Of a stretch of DNA of 64,000 nucleotides, positions 9,653-18,853 are shown piece after piece. The number at the start of each line of letters is the position of its first letter. Position 1 is the first letter of the stretch. The notes under the pieces are model-generated. The model was not told the origin of the DNA. It searched no databases and saw nothing but the letters and a program-made list of their open reading frames with translations. The position numbers and the translations under genes were made by a program. Source of the DNA: Candidatus Delongbacteria bacterium (lineage in GTDB: Bacteria; UBA4055); NCBI GenBank assembly GCA_016937995.1, contig JAFGVM010000031.1, positions 19 through 64,018 on the forward strand, read 5' to 3'.

Positions 9653-11440
9653 ATGGGAAAACAAGTAAGCATAGTTATCGATGGAAAGAGCATCGAAACC
9701 TGCGCGTGTAACACAATTGTTCAAGCAGCAAAAGAGAATGGGATACACATTCCTACTCTATGTTATCACCCTGATCTTAAACCATCTGGTAGTTGCGGAA
9801 TTTGTATCGTTGATATTGAAGGGTTCAGACAACCTGAAAGATCATGTACTACAAAAGTTCAGGACGGTATGGTAATAACAACCAACACTAAAAAGCTAAG
9901 AGATACCAGAAAGACCATCTTAGAGATGATCCTTGCAGACCATGATACTGATTGCCCTGCATGTTTGGCTAATAACAAGTGTGAACTTCAGGATCTTTGT
10001 GATAACATGAGCGTAACAACTCAGTCGATCCCTAAGAACCTAAAGAAGCTTCCTATTGATAACACAAGTCCAGCGATCCAAAGAGATCCTAACAAATGTA
10101 TAGCTTGTGGAAGATGTATCGAAGTATGTTCAACAATTCAAACTGTTAATGCTCTTACTGAATCAGGAAGAGGACACAAAGTATTTATTACAACAGCGTT
10201 TGATGAAGGTATGGGAAACAGTCCATGTGTCAATTGTGGACAATGTACAGTATTCTGTCCAGTTGGTGCATTAACTGAAAAAAGTGAAATAGACCTTGTT
10301 TGGGATGCTATTCTTGATCCAACAAAGCATGTTGTTGTTCAGGAAGCTCCTGCTGTTAGAGTTGCTCTAGCGGAAGAATTCGGAATGGAAAAAGGACTTG
10401 CTACACCTGGTAAGATGTATGCTGCATTAAGAAGACTAGGTTTTGATAAAATATTTGATACTAACTTCAGTGCCGACCTTACAATAATGGAAGAGGGAAC
10501 TGAATTATTAACAAGAGCAACAACCGGTGGAGTTCTTCCACTGATCACTTCTTGTTCTCCTGGATGGGTTAAATTTGGTGAAACATTCTTCCCAGACCTG
10601 GCTGCTCATGTTTCTACATGTAAATCTCCTCAGCAGATGCTAGGTACACTTATTAAAACATATTATCCTAAAATGTCAGGCGTTGATGCAAAAGATATAG
10701 TTTCTGTATCTATCATGCCTTGTACTGCAAAGAAATTTGAAGCAAGAAGACCAGAGATGAAAGATTCAGGATATCAGGATGTTGATTATGTTTTAACTAC
10801 AAGAGAATTTGTAAGAATGATCAAAGAAGCTGGTATTGATTTTAAGAATCTTCCTGAAGAGAAAGCTGACAGCTTAATGGGTGAATACACTGGTGCAGCA
10901 ACGATTTTCGGTGCTACTGGTGGTGTTATGGAAGCAGCAGTAAGATCAGCATTCTTCCTATTGACTGGTGAGAATCTTCCAAGTCCGGAGTTGAAAGTTC
11001 TTAGAGGTGTTACAAATGATATTATTGAAGCTACAGTTGAGCACGAAAAACTTCCTTTCCCTATCAGAGTTGCTGTAGCGAACGGTCTTGGCAATGCAAG
11101 AAAAATCTTAGAGAAAGTAAAAGATCAAATTGCTACTAACGGTGCCAGCGAATATCACTTCATCGAGATCATGGCTTGTCCGGGTGGATGTGTTGGTGGT
11201 GGTGGTCAACCTTTTGGATGTGACCTTGTTGATAGAGGTATCAGGGGTGGAGGTCTTTATGATGAAGATACTGCACTTCCATTAAGATATTCTCACGAAA
11301 ATCCAATGGTTACTAAGATCTATGAAGATTTCTTGGAAAAACCAAATTCAGAACTTGCACACAAATTATTACATACAAATTATTTCCAAAGATCAGAAAA
11401 AGACGGCAGTGTAATCAAAGAAGTTACACATAAGCACTAA
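9653..11440 (+). CDS. hydA: [FeFe]-hydrogenase catalytic subunit (group A3-like)
   Basis: H-cluster motifs TSCSPGW, MPCTAKKFE and EIMACPGGCVGGGGQP. N-terminal 2Fe-2S, His-ligated 4Fe-4S and 2x[4Fe-4S] motifs. Confidence 0.97.
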   Translation: MGKQVSIVIDGKSIETCACNTIVQAAKENGIHIPTLCYHPDLKPSGSCGICIVDIEGFRQPERSCTTKVQDGMVITTNTKKLRDTRKTILEMILADHDTDCPACLANNKCELQDLCDNMSVTTQSIPKNLKKLPIDNTSPAIQRDPNKCIACGRCIEVCSTIQTVNALTESGRGHKVFITTAFDEGMGNSPCVNCGQCTVFCPVGALTEKSEIDLVWDAILDPTKHVVVQEAPAVRVALAEEFGMEKGLATPGKMYAALRRLGFDKIFDTNFSADLTIMEEGTELLTRATTGGVLPLITSCSPGWVKFGETFFPDLAAHVSTCKSPQQMLGTLIKTYYPKMSGVDAKDIVSVSIMPCTAKKFEARRPEMKDSGYQDVDYVLTTREFVRMIKEAGIDFKNLPEEKADSLMGEYTGAATIFGATGGVMEAAVRSAFFLLTGENLPSPELKVLRGVTNDIIEATVEHEKLPFPIRVAVANGLGNARKILEKVKDQIATNGASEYHFIEIMACPGGCVGGGGQPFGCDLVDRGIRGGGLYDEDTALPLRYSHENPMVTKIYEDFLEKPNSELAHKLLHTNYFQRSEKDGSVIKEVTHKH

Positions 11441-11463
11441 TAAACGTAAAAACAGGAGATATA

Positions 11464-13185
11464 ATGCTTTCTCAAAAAGCTATAGAGTCGATCAAAGAAT
11501 TGACTTCAAAATATCCAAAGATAGAATCTGCTTTAATGCCTGCTTTAATGATCGCTCAGAAAGAGAATAATAATTATATTGACAGAGCATTAGCGGCAGA
11601 AGTAGCTAAACTGGTCGGTGTGTCAGAAGCTCACGCTTATGGTGTATTGACTTATTATACAATGTACAACACGAAGAACATTGGTAAATTTCATCTTCAG
11701 GTTGATACAAATATTCCTGCAACATTGATGGGAGCAAGAAAAATTGTTGAAGCTATATCTGAGGAGCTGAATATTGATCCGGGTGAAACCACAAAAGATG
11801 GTATGTTCACGTTGAATGAAGTCGAGTGTCTTGCTTCATGTGGCACTTGTCCAGTTATTCAGGTCAATGATGTTTACTATGAAAATATGACAGTTGAAAA
11901 AACAAAAGAACTTTTAGCTTCATTGAAGAATGGAATTATGCCTGAACCAAAGAATACATATTATTTTGGAACAGAGTGTAACGTTCTTCTAAAAAATAGA
12001 AATGTTGAAAATTCAACTTCTATTGAAGTTTATAAAGCTAATGGTGGTTATAAAACTCTTGAAAAAGCTCTTACAATGGAGCCTCAGGCTATAATCAACG
12101 AAGTAAAAGCTTCAAGTATCCGTGGTCGTGGTGGTGCAGGATTTCCGGCAGGTGTAAAATGGGGATTCTTACCGAAGGGAACCGATAAACCAATCTATCT
12201 CATTTGTAACGCGGATGAAGGTGAACCAGGTACTTTCAAAGACAGACAGATCATGGAATATGATCCTCACTTGTTAATAGAAGGTATGGTTATTTCAGCA
12301 AGAGCTATCGGGGCTAAGCTTGGATTTATCTATATCAGAGGTGAGTTCGACTGGATCGCTGACATTCTTGATAAGGCTGTTGCAGAAGCAAAAGCTGACG
12401 GTAAATTAGTTGATTTTAATATCATAGTTCACAGAGGTGCTGGAGCTTATGTCTGTGGTGAAGAGACTGCACTTATTGAATCTATTGAAGGAAAAAGAGG
12501 TGAACCGAGAATCAAACCTCCGTTCCCTGCTGTAGAAGGACTTTACGGATGTCCAACTATCGTTAACAATGTTGAAACTTTAGCAAGTGTTCCTTTCATT
12601 ATAGAAAAAGGTGCTGAAGCGTTTAAAGCATTTGGATATGAAAATAACACAGGTTTCAAACTTTTCGGAATAAGTGGAAACGTAAATAAGCCTGGTGTAT
12701 ACGAATATCCAATGGGTGTTCCTTTTAACAAGCTGATTGAAGCTGCAGGTGGAGTTAAAGGTAATCTTAAGGCTGCTATCGTTGGTGGACTTTCAGTTCA
12801 GATACTAAAAGCTAACGAACTAGCTGATCTTAACATGGATTATGACTCATGCTTGAAGCATGGAACAGGTCTTGGATCAGGTGGTATCATGATAATTAAC
12901 GATGAATTCTCAATACCTGAATTAGCTTACAGAACTATTAAGTTCTATGCACACGAATCATGCGGAAGGTGTGCTCCATGTCGTCATGGATCTGATTCAA
13001 TTAAAATGCTTCTTGAGAAGATCGTTGTTTGCGGAAATGGAACCATGCAGGATATCGATACCATTGTAAAGGTATGTGATTCTGTTAAAGGAGTGACAAT
13101 TTGTCCTACAGGTGAGGCTTTCTCAGTTCCGATCAAGGCAATGGTAGAAAAATTCAGACATGAATTTGAAGCTTTAATAAAGTAA
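11464..13185 (+). CDS. Fused NuoE/NuoF-like (HydC-HydB) NADH-binding subunit
   Basis: N-terminal NuoE-like domain, then RGRGGAGFP, CNADEGEPGTFKDR, GAGAYVCGEETAL and ESCGRCAPCR...CP. No C-terminal ferredoxin domains. Confidence 0.93.
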   Translation: MLSQKAIESIKELTSKYPKIESALMPALMIAQKENNNYIDRALAAEVAKLVGVSEAHAYGVLTYYTMYNTKNIGKFHLQVDTNIPATLMGARKIVEAISEELNIDPGETTKDGMFTLNEVECLASCGTCPVIQVNDVYYENMTVEKTKELLASLKNGIMPEPKNTYYFGTECNVLLKNRNVENSTSIEVYKANGGYKTLEKALTMEPQAIINEVKASSIRGRGGAGFPAGVKWGFLPKGTDKPIYLICNADEGEPGTFKDRQIMEYDPHLLIEGMVISARAIGAKLGFIYIRGEFDWIADILDKAVAEAKADGKLVDFNIIVHRGAGAYVCGEETALIESIEGKRGEPRIKPPFPAVEGLYGCPTIVNNVETLASVPFIIEKGAEAFKAFGYENNTGFKLFGISGNVNKPGVYEYPMGVPFNKLIEAAGGVKGNLKAAIVGGLSVQILKANELADLNMDYDSCLKHGTGLGSGGIMIINDEFSIPELAYRTIKFYAHESCGRCAPCRHGSDSIKMLLEKIVVCGNGTMQDIDTIVKVCDSVKGVTICPTGEAFSVPIKAMVEKFRHEFEALIK

Positions 13186-13193
13186 CAAATTAG

Positions 13194-13219
13194 AAGGTGG
13201 GGATTCCCCACCTTTTTTT
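13194..13219 (+). terminator. Intrinsic terminator after the hydrogenase genes
   Basis: AAGGTGGGGATTCCCCACCTTTTTTT. Confidence 0.88.
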
Positions 13220-13235
13220 ATTTCGCATTTTTAAT

Positions 13236-13272
13236 ATGTGAAACATTTCACAATATGTGATTTTTCTCATGT
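13236..13272 (+). promoter_or_regulatory. Rex-like operator(s) upstream of hydG
   Basis: ATGTGAA-ACAT-TTCACAA at 13236-13253 is one mismatch from the Rex consensus. A weaker second site ATGTGATTTTTCTCATGT follows. Confidence 0.65.
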
Positions 13273-13330
13273 TAATGTGTTAATATATTCGTATATTACC
13301 AAGGAAGATAATTAACTTAAAGGTAAAAAA

Positions 13331-14716
13331 ATGAAGAGCTTTATCAACGATAAGAAAATTCTTGAATATCTGAGTAATGCACTGCCACCTGATGCTGAAG
13401 AGATTGATACTATTCTAAACCACGCGAAGGAACTCAAAGGTATCAGTTTTGAAGAAGCGGAAAGATTATTACTGGTAGAATCGAAAGAAGATATCGATAA
13501 ACTTTCTGATACCGCAAATTTTATAAAAGAATCCATTTATGGAAAAAGGCTTGTACTTTTCGCACCACTTTATGTGTCTAATATTTGTAATAATGAATGT
13601 CTTTACTGCGGATTTAGAAAAAGTAACAAATCTATCGTTAGAAATACACTGACAATGGAACAAATTAGTGCTGAAACTGAAGCTTTGATCGATCAGGGTC
13701 ACAAAAGGGTCCTTCTTGTTTCTGGAGAAGGATTAGGAAAGAATGCAATTGATTATACAATAGATGCTTTAAAGACAATTTATGCTGTTAAGAAACCTAA
13801 GGGTAATATAAGACGAATAAATGTTAACATAGCTGCTTCTGAAGTTGAAGACTATAAGAGGTTAAAAGAAGCAAATATCGGAACCTATCAGTTGTTCCAG
13901 GAAACCTATCACGAAGAAACATATAAAAAAATGCACAGATCAGGACCAAAAGCGAATTATGAATACCATCTTACAGCAATGGACAGAGCAATGGAAGCGG
14001 GAATTGATGATGTTGGTATAGGAATTCTATTCGGGTTGGCAGATTACAAATATGAGATAATGGCACTTTTGCAGCACATAAAACATCTTGAAGATAAATT
14101 TGGAGTTGGACCTCATACGATCTCAGTTCCACGATTAGAACCTGCCACAGGTTCAGATATAGCGTCCAATCCACCATTTCCAGTAACAGACAGTGATTTT
14201 AGAAAAATAATTGCGATATTAAGGATTACAGTTCCATATACAGGTATAATATTGAGTACCAGAGAAAATGCGGAAATGCGAAGAGAAGCATTACATCTAG
14301 GAATATCTCAAATTAGTGCAGGATCAAAATCTGATCCTGGCGGGTATTCAAAAAAGGACCATTCTGATGCTCAGTTCTCACTTGGAGATCACAGATCGCT
14401 CCATGAGGTCATTGAGGATATAGTAGACATGGATCATATACCTAGTTTCTGTACAGGATGTTACAGACTTGGAAGAGTTGGTAAGGATTTTATGGACCTT
14501 GCAAAGCCAGGTCTGATAAAAGCTCATTGTTATCCTAATGCTGTGTTTACTTTTGCTGAATATCTTGAAGACTTTGCTAATGAAACTTTAAAGAAAAAGG
14601 GATACGAACTTATCCTAAGAACTTTACCTGAAAATGTTATTGATCCCAAGAAAAGAGAAGCAGTTTTAAAGAACGTTGAAGAAATTAAGAATGGGAAGAG
14701 AGATATTTATTACTAG
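13331..14716 (+). CDS. hydG: [FeFe]-hydrogenase maturase HydG
   Basis: LFAPLYVSNICNNECLYC radical SAM motif, GVGPHTISVPR and C-terminal PSFCTGCYR...C. Confidence 0.97.
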   Translation: MKSFINDKKILEYLSNALPPDAEEIDTILNHAKELKGISFEEAERLLLVESKEDIDKLSDTANFIKESIYGKRLVLFAPLYVSNICNNECLYCGFRKSNKSIVRNTLTMEQISAETEALIDQGHKRVLLVSGEGLGKNAIDYTIDALKTIYAVKKPKGNIRRINVNIAASEVEDYKRLKEANIGTYQLFQETYHEETYKKMHRSGPKANYEYHLTAMDRAMEAGIDDVGIGILFGLADYKYEIMALLQHIKHLEDKFGVGPHTISVPRLEPATGSDIASNPPFPVTDSDFRKIIAILRITVPYTGIILSTRENAEMRREALHLGISQISAGSKSDPGGYSKKDHSDAQFSLGDHRSLHEVIEDIVDMDHIPSFCTGCYRLGRVGKDFMDLAKPGLIKAHCYPNAVFTFAEYLEDFANETLKKKGYELILRTLPENVIDPKKREAVLKNVEEIKNGKRDIYY

Positions 14717-14806
14717 AGGAATATTCAATGTCTAACACTGAATGACAAATGTTCAAATTTTGGGTTCGATCCCCATTCGACCCTAAAATGAAAAAACATA
14801 GTTCTA

Positions 14807-14854
14807 CCACCACCCCGTCAGCTATAAGCTGACACACCTCCACCGGAGGGGAAT
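14807..14854. repeat. Palindromic intergenic repeat (ACCACCCCGTCA...GGAGGGGAA type)
   Basis: ACCACCACCCCGTCAGCTATAAGCTGACACACCTCCACCGGAGGGGAAT forms two nested hairpins. Confidence 0.5.
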
Positions 14855-14905
14855 GAAAAACAGTGAACAAGGTGGCTTTAGTCCATTGCAAAGAAGGAAT
14901 AACTT

Positions 14906-16003
14906 ATGAATAAATATGAAACATTGCTGAGTAAGAATGACTTTACAAGAGACGAAATCATAACTTTACTTTCTCCTTCAACAAAGGATGAGCATGAACT
15001 ACTCCTTGAAAGAGCCGGGAAAGTAAGAAATGATACTATTGGGAATAACGTTTACTTTAGAGGTTTGATAGAGTATTCAAATGTTTGTGCAAAAAATTGT
15101 TACTACTGCGGTATAAGGCGCGGAAATGATAAGCAAGCTAGGTATACCATGACCGATCAAGAAGTTCTTGATTGTGCAAAATTTGCTTATGATGAGGGGT
15201 ATGGCAGCTTAGTAATTCAGGCAGGAGAAGTATCTTCTAAAGATTTCACTGATAAAATTGAATATCTGCTTAAAGAGATCAAGAAACTATCAAATGGAAA
15301 ACTAGGTATTACTTTATCTCTTGGAGAGCAAACTTCGGAAGTATTAGAAAAATGGTTCAAAGCTGGTGGTCACAGGTATCTTATCAGGATAGAGACTTCA
15401 AATAGTGACCTTTACGCTAGATATCATCCTAATGATGTTCTACACAGCTATGATGAAAGGTTGAGAGCTTTAAACCGTGTTAAAGATAGTGGTTTTCAAA
15501 CTGGTACAGGTGTAATGATAGGACTTCCAGGACAGAACATAGGACATCTTGCTGATGATCTGCTTTTTATTAAAAATCTTGATGTTGATATGGTAGGTAT
15601 GGGACCTTATATAGAAAGCGAAGATACACCGATGTATGAAGATAGAAATATCCTTATTTCTAAAAAAGATAGATTTGAACTATCACTAAGAATGGTAGCT
15701 ATATTAAGATTAATGATGCCTGATATCAATATGGCTGCTACAACTGCAATGCAAACTCTTGATCCTGTGGGTCGTGAAAAAGCTATTAAAGCAGGTGCGA
15801 ATGTGATCATGCCTAATCTTACTCCGGTGAAATATAGAGAAAGCTATTTGCTTTATGAAGGTAAACCATGCTTAGATGAAGAGGCAGAAAAGTGTAAAGG
15901 TTGTATCATGGCAAGAATAAAATCAACCGGAGCTGTAGTAGCTTTGGGTGAATGGGGTGATTCTAAACATTTTTTCAAAAGAAAAAATAGTGATAAGTTA
16001 TAA
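14906..16003 (+). CDS. hydE: [FeFe]-hydrogenase maturase HydE
   Basis: RGLIEYSNVCAKNCYYCG, GVMIGLPGQ, GANVIMPNLTP...YLLYEGK. Confidence 0.96.
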   Translation: MNKYETLLSKNDFTRDEIITLLSPSTKDEHELLLERAGKVRNDTIGNNVYFRGLIEYSNVCAKNCYYCGIRRGNDKQARYTMTDQEVLDCAKFAYDEGYGSLVIQAGEVSSKDFTDKIEYLLKEIKKLSNGKLGITLSLGEQTSEVLEKWFKAGGHRYLIRIETSNSDLYARYHPNDVLHSYDERLRALNRVKDSGFQTGTGVMIGLPGQNIGHLADDLLFIKNLDVDMVGMGPYIESEDTPMYEDRNILISKKDRFELSLRMVAILRLMMPDINMAATTAMQTLDPVGREKAIKAGANVIMPNLTPVKYRESYLLYEGKPCLDEEAEKCKGCIMARIKSTGAVVALGEWGDSKHFFKRKNSDKL

Positions 16004-16017
16004 GTTGTAAGTGGTTA

Positions 16018-16122
16018 GTAGGGGCGTAATTTATTACGCCCAGAATCCGTAGGGGACGATTCCAATTCATCCCCAAACCACAAAAAATAAAACTGTAGGG
16101 TTGAACCCATGTGTTCAACTCT
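16018..16122 (+). repeat. Cluster of three GTAG-type REP hairpins
   Basis: GTAGGGGCGTAAT..ATTACGCCC (16018), GTAGGGGACGA..TCATCCCC (16049), GTAGGGTTGAAC..GTTCAACTCT (16095). Confidence 0.75.
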
Positions 16123-16150
16123 AAGGGAATAATGATAACGGGAAAAAACA

Positions 16151-17437
16151 ATGAAAAGAATTAATATTGGTATATTTGGAAGAGTGAATTCGGGTAAATC
16201 AACTTTGATGAATTTATTAACTCAGCATGAGACTTCAATTGTTGATTCGACTCCGGGTACAACTGCTGATGTAAAAACAACAGTAATGGAAATTCATGAA
16301 CTTGGGCCTGTTAAGATTTTTGATACAGCCGGAGTTGACGAACAGGGTGTTCTTGGAGATAAAAAGAAAGAGAAAACTTTCAATGCTCTCAAAAGATCAG
16401 ATATTGTACTTTTAGTGATTAACGAGAACAATGAAGCATACTCAACAGATGAATTTTCAACAGAGAAAGAGATAATTGATCTGGCAGAAAAAAGAGGTAA
16501 AGAACTATTCATTGTATATAATAAATTTTCAGTAATTGAAGCAGTTAAGAACGATATCTCTGCTAAGATCGATCCGGAAAAAAAATTTAAATCAATTGAA
16601 CTGGAATTAGCTGAGAGATCAAATTATATCTATTTGATCGAGTTTATTAAAACTAATTCAAAGCTTCAGCAGATAAAAACTCCTTTATTGCCGATGCTTG
16701 ACAGAGATAAGATCGTATTTTTGAATATACCTATAGATGAAGAATCTCCTGAAGGAAGATTTTTAAGACCGCAGATGATGATAGAAGAATATCTTGTCAG
16801 AAGATATGTGCCTACTTTTGCATATAGAATGGACCTTGGTAAAGCCAGAAGTATAAAATCTGAAGAGGTTGCTGAGGAAAAGAAAAGATTTGATGGTTTT
16901 ATTGCTCACTTAAACAAAGATAATAAACTTCAACTTCTTATCACAGATTCTCAGGGAATGGATATTATTTCCAGGTGGACACAAGATTCAAATTTTATGG
17001 TAACGACATTCTCCATTGTAATGATAAATTTTCTCAGCAGAGGAAACCTTGAAATGTTCGTTAACGGAGTGAAAGCTTTTAAACAGCTTAAACCAGGTGA
17101 AAAAGTTATGATCGCAGAAGGTTGTAATCATGATAGGAAAGCTGAGGATATCGGGACAGTTCAGATACCTAATAAGATAGATCAGCTGTTCGGTAAAGGG
17201 AATATTCAGGTTGATCATTATTTTGGCAGGGTCTTTGCCGGAGAAGAAGACCTTAAAGATTACAAACTTGTTATTCATTGTGGAGGGTGTATGCTTGACC
17301 AACAGGCTATTTCTTCCCGTATTGAAGACCTGATAGAGTCTGGTGTAAGTTTTACGAATTACGGTGTTCTATTATCTTATTTCGAAGGTAAAGAAGCATT
17401 GAATAAGGTCATTGAACCATTCGGGTTGAAGATATAA
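16151..17437 (+). CDS. hydF: [FeFe]-hydrogenase maturation GTPase HydF
   Basis: GRVNSGKS, PGTT, DTAG, NK, and EGCNH...IHCGGCM FeS ligands. Confidence 0.93.
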   Translation: MKRINIGIFGRVNSGKSTLMNLLTQHETSIVDSTPGTTADVKTTVMEIHELGPVKIFDTAGVDEQGVLGDKKKEKTFNALKRSDIVLLVINENNEAYSTDEFSTEKEIIDLAEKRGKELFIVYNKFSVIEAVKNDISAKIDPEKKFKSIELELAERSNYIYLIEFIKTNSKLQQIKTPLLPMLDRDKIVFLNIPIDEESPEGRFLRPQMMIEEYLVRRYVPTFAYRMDLGKARSIKSEEVAEEKKRFDGFIAHLNKDNKLQLLITDSQGMDIISRWTQDSNFMVTTFSIVMINFLSRGNLEMFVNGVKAFKQLKPGEKVMIAEGCNHDRKAEDIGTVQIPNKIDQLFGKGNIQVDHYFGRVFAGEEDLKDYKLVIHCGGCMLDQQAISSRIEDLIESGVSFTNYGVLLSYFEGKEALNKVIEPFGLKI

Positions 17438-17647
17438 TCCATACAGTAGTGGTCGCCTATCAGTTAAACCTGTTGAGTATAAGGTATGAGTTTTTTGAAG
17501 GTGTTAAGGCACCTTTTTCTTTATTCCGGTATCTGAATTTTAACTTTTAATTGTCTTTAAAATATTGTTGCATTGATTTGTAATTTATTATAAATTTTCT
17601 AACCAGAATATATTGATTTATTAATAATCCTATAAATTGGAGAAATT

Positions 17648-18853
17648 ATGGCTAAAATAGCACAAACCGGTGAACACGGTGATAACGTAAGATCGGATTG
17701 CAGGGTAACACTCGAACTTAAGAGAACCGGTGGTATTAAGATCGATGTAATAAGCAAGGTGAAAGTTCTTTTCGGAGATCAGATCTTAAAACTTTGCAAG
17801 GATGTTCTTAAATTTTTTGAGATCAAAAATGCAGTAATGAAAATTGAGGATACAGGAGCTCTGGATTATATTATTGCAGCCAGGATTGAGGCAGCAGTAA
17901 AACAATTGTTAAAGACAGATAAAGAATATCTTCTTCCAATTATTCCTGAGAATAAATTTCAAACAGAAAAAGACAGGAACAGAAGATCACGTTTGTATCT
18001 TCCCGGCAACACACCTAAGTTAGCACTTAATGCCGGTATTCATAATCCTGATGGGATCATTCTTGATCTAGAGGATTCTGTAGCTCCGGCAAAGAAACCC
18101 GAAGCAAGATTTCTTGTAAGGAACGGTCTAAGAACTGTAAATTTCTATGGTGCTGAAAGAATGGTAAGGATAAATCAGTTACCTATGGGACTTGAGGACC
18201 TTGAATATATAGTTCAACACAATGTTAATCTTATTCTTTTACCGAAATGTGAATCAGCAAAGCAGGTTAAAGAAGTAAATGATAAGATCAAAAAACTGAA
18301 TAAATCTAAGAGAAAGATCTGGTTGATGCCGATAATAGAAAGCGCACTTGGTGTAATTAATTCCTATGAGATAGCAGTCTCAGAAAATGTTGTATCTTTA
18401 GCAATCGGATTAGAAGATTATACTGCTGATATTGGCACTCAAAGAACCGCTGAAGGAAAAGAAACTTTCTTTGCCAGATGTCAGGTCGTCAACGCAGCAC
18501 GTGCTGCTAAAATACAACCAATAGACTCTGTTTTCTCAGATGTATCTGACATGGAAGCTCTTAAGCAGAATGTTTTAACTTCAAAATCACTAGGTTTTGA
18601 TGGAATGGGATGTATCCATCCTAGACAGATCCCTGTGATTCATGAGTATTTTGCTCCGGATGATAAAGAGATAGATAAAGCAAAGAAAATAGTAAATGCG
18701 TTTATAATAGCTACAGAGAAAGGACTTGGAGTTGTATCATTAGGTTCAAAGATGATAGATCCACCTGTTGTGAAAAGAGCACAAAAAACCATTGAGCAGG
18801 CTATTGAAGTAGGAAAATTAGACTCTGATTGGAGGAAAAATTATGGCAACTAA
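17648..18853 (+). CDS. citE: Citrate lyase acyl-carrier (CitD-like) fused to the beta subunit (CitE)
   Basis: First ~90 aa are CitD-like (RSDC...SKVKVLFGDQI...DTGALDYIIAARIEAA), followed by RRSRLYLPG, LDLEDSV, IIESALG and GCIHPRQI. Confidence 0.9.
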   Translation: MAKIAQTGEHGDNVRSDCRVTLELKRTGGIKIDVISKVKVLFGDQILKLCKDVLKFFEIKNAVMKIEDTGALDYIIAARIEAAVKQLLKTDKEYLLPIIPENKFQTEKDRNRRSRLYLPGNTPKLALNAGIHNPDGIILDLEDSVAPAKKPEARFLVRNGLRTVNFYGAERMVRINQLPMGLEDLEYIVQHNVNLILLPKCESAKQVKEVNDKIKKLNKSKRKIWLMPIIESALGVINSYEIAVSENVVSLAIGLEDYTADIGTQRTAEGKETFFARCQVVNAARAAKIQPIDSVFSDVSDMEALKQNVLTSKSLGFDGMGCIHPRQIPVIHEYFAPDDKEIDKAKKIVNAFIIATEKGLGVVSLGSKMIDPPVVKRAQKTIEQAIEVGKLDSDWRKNYGN

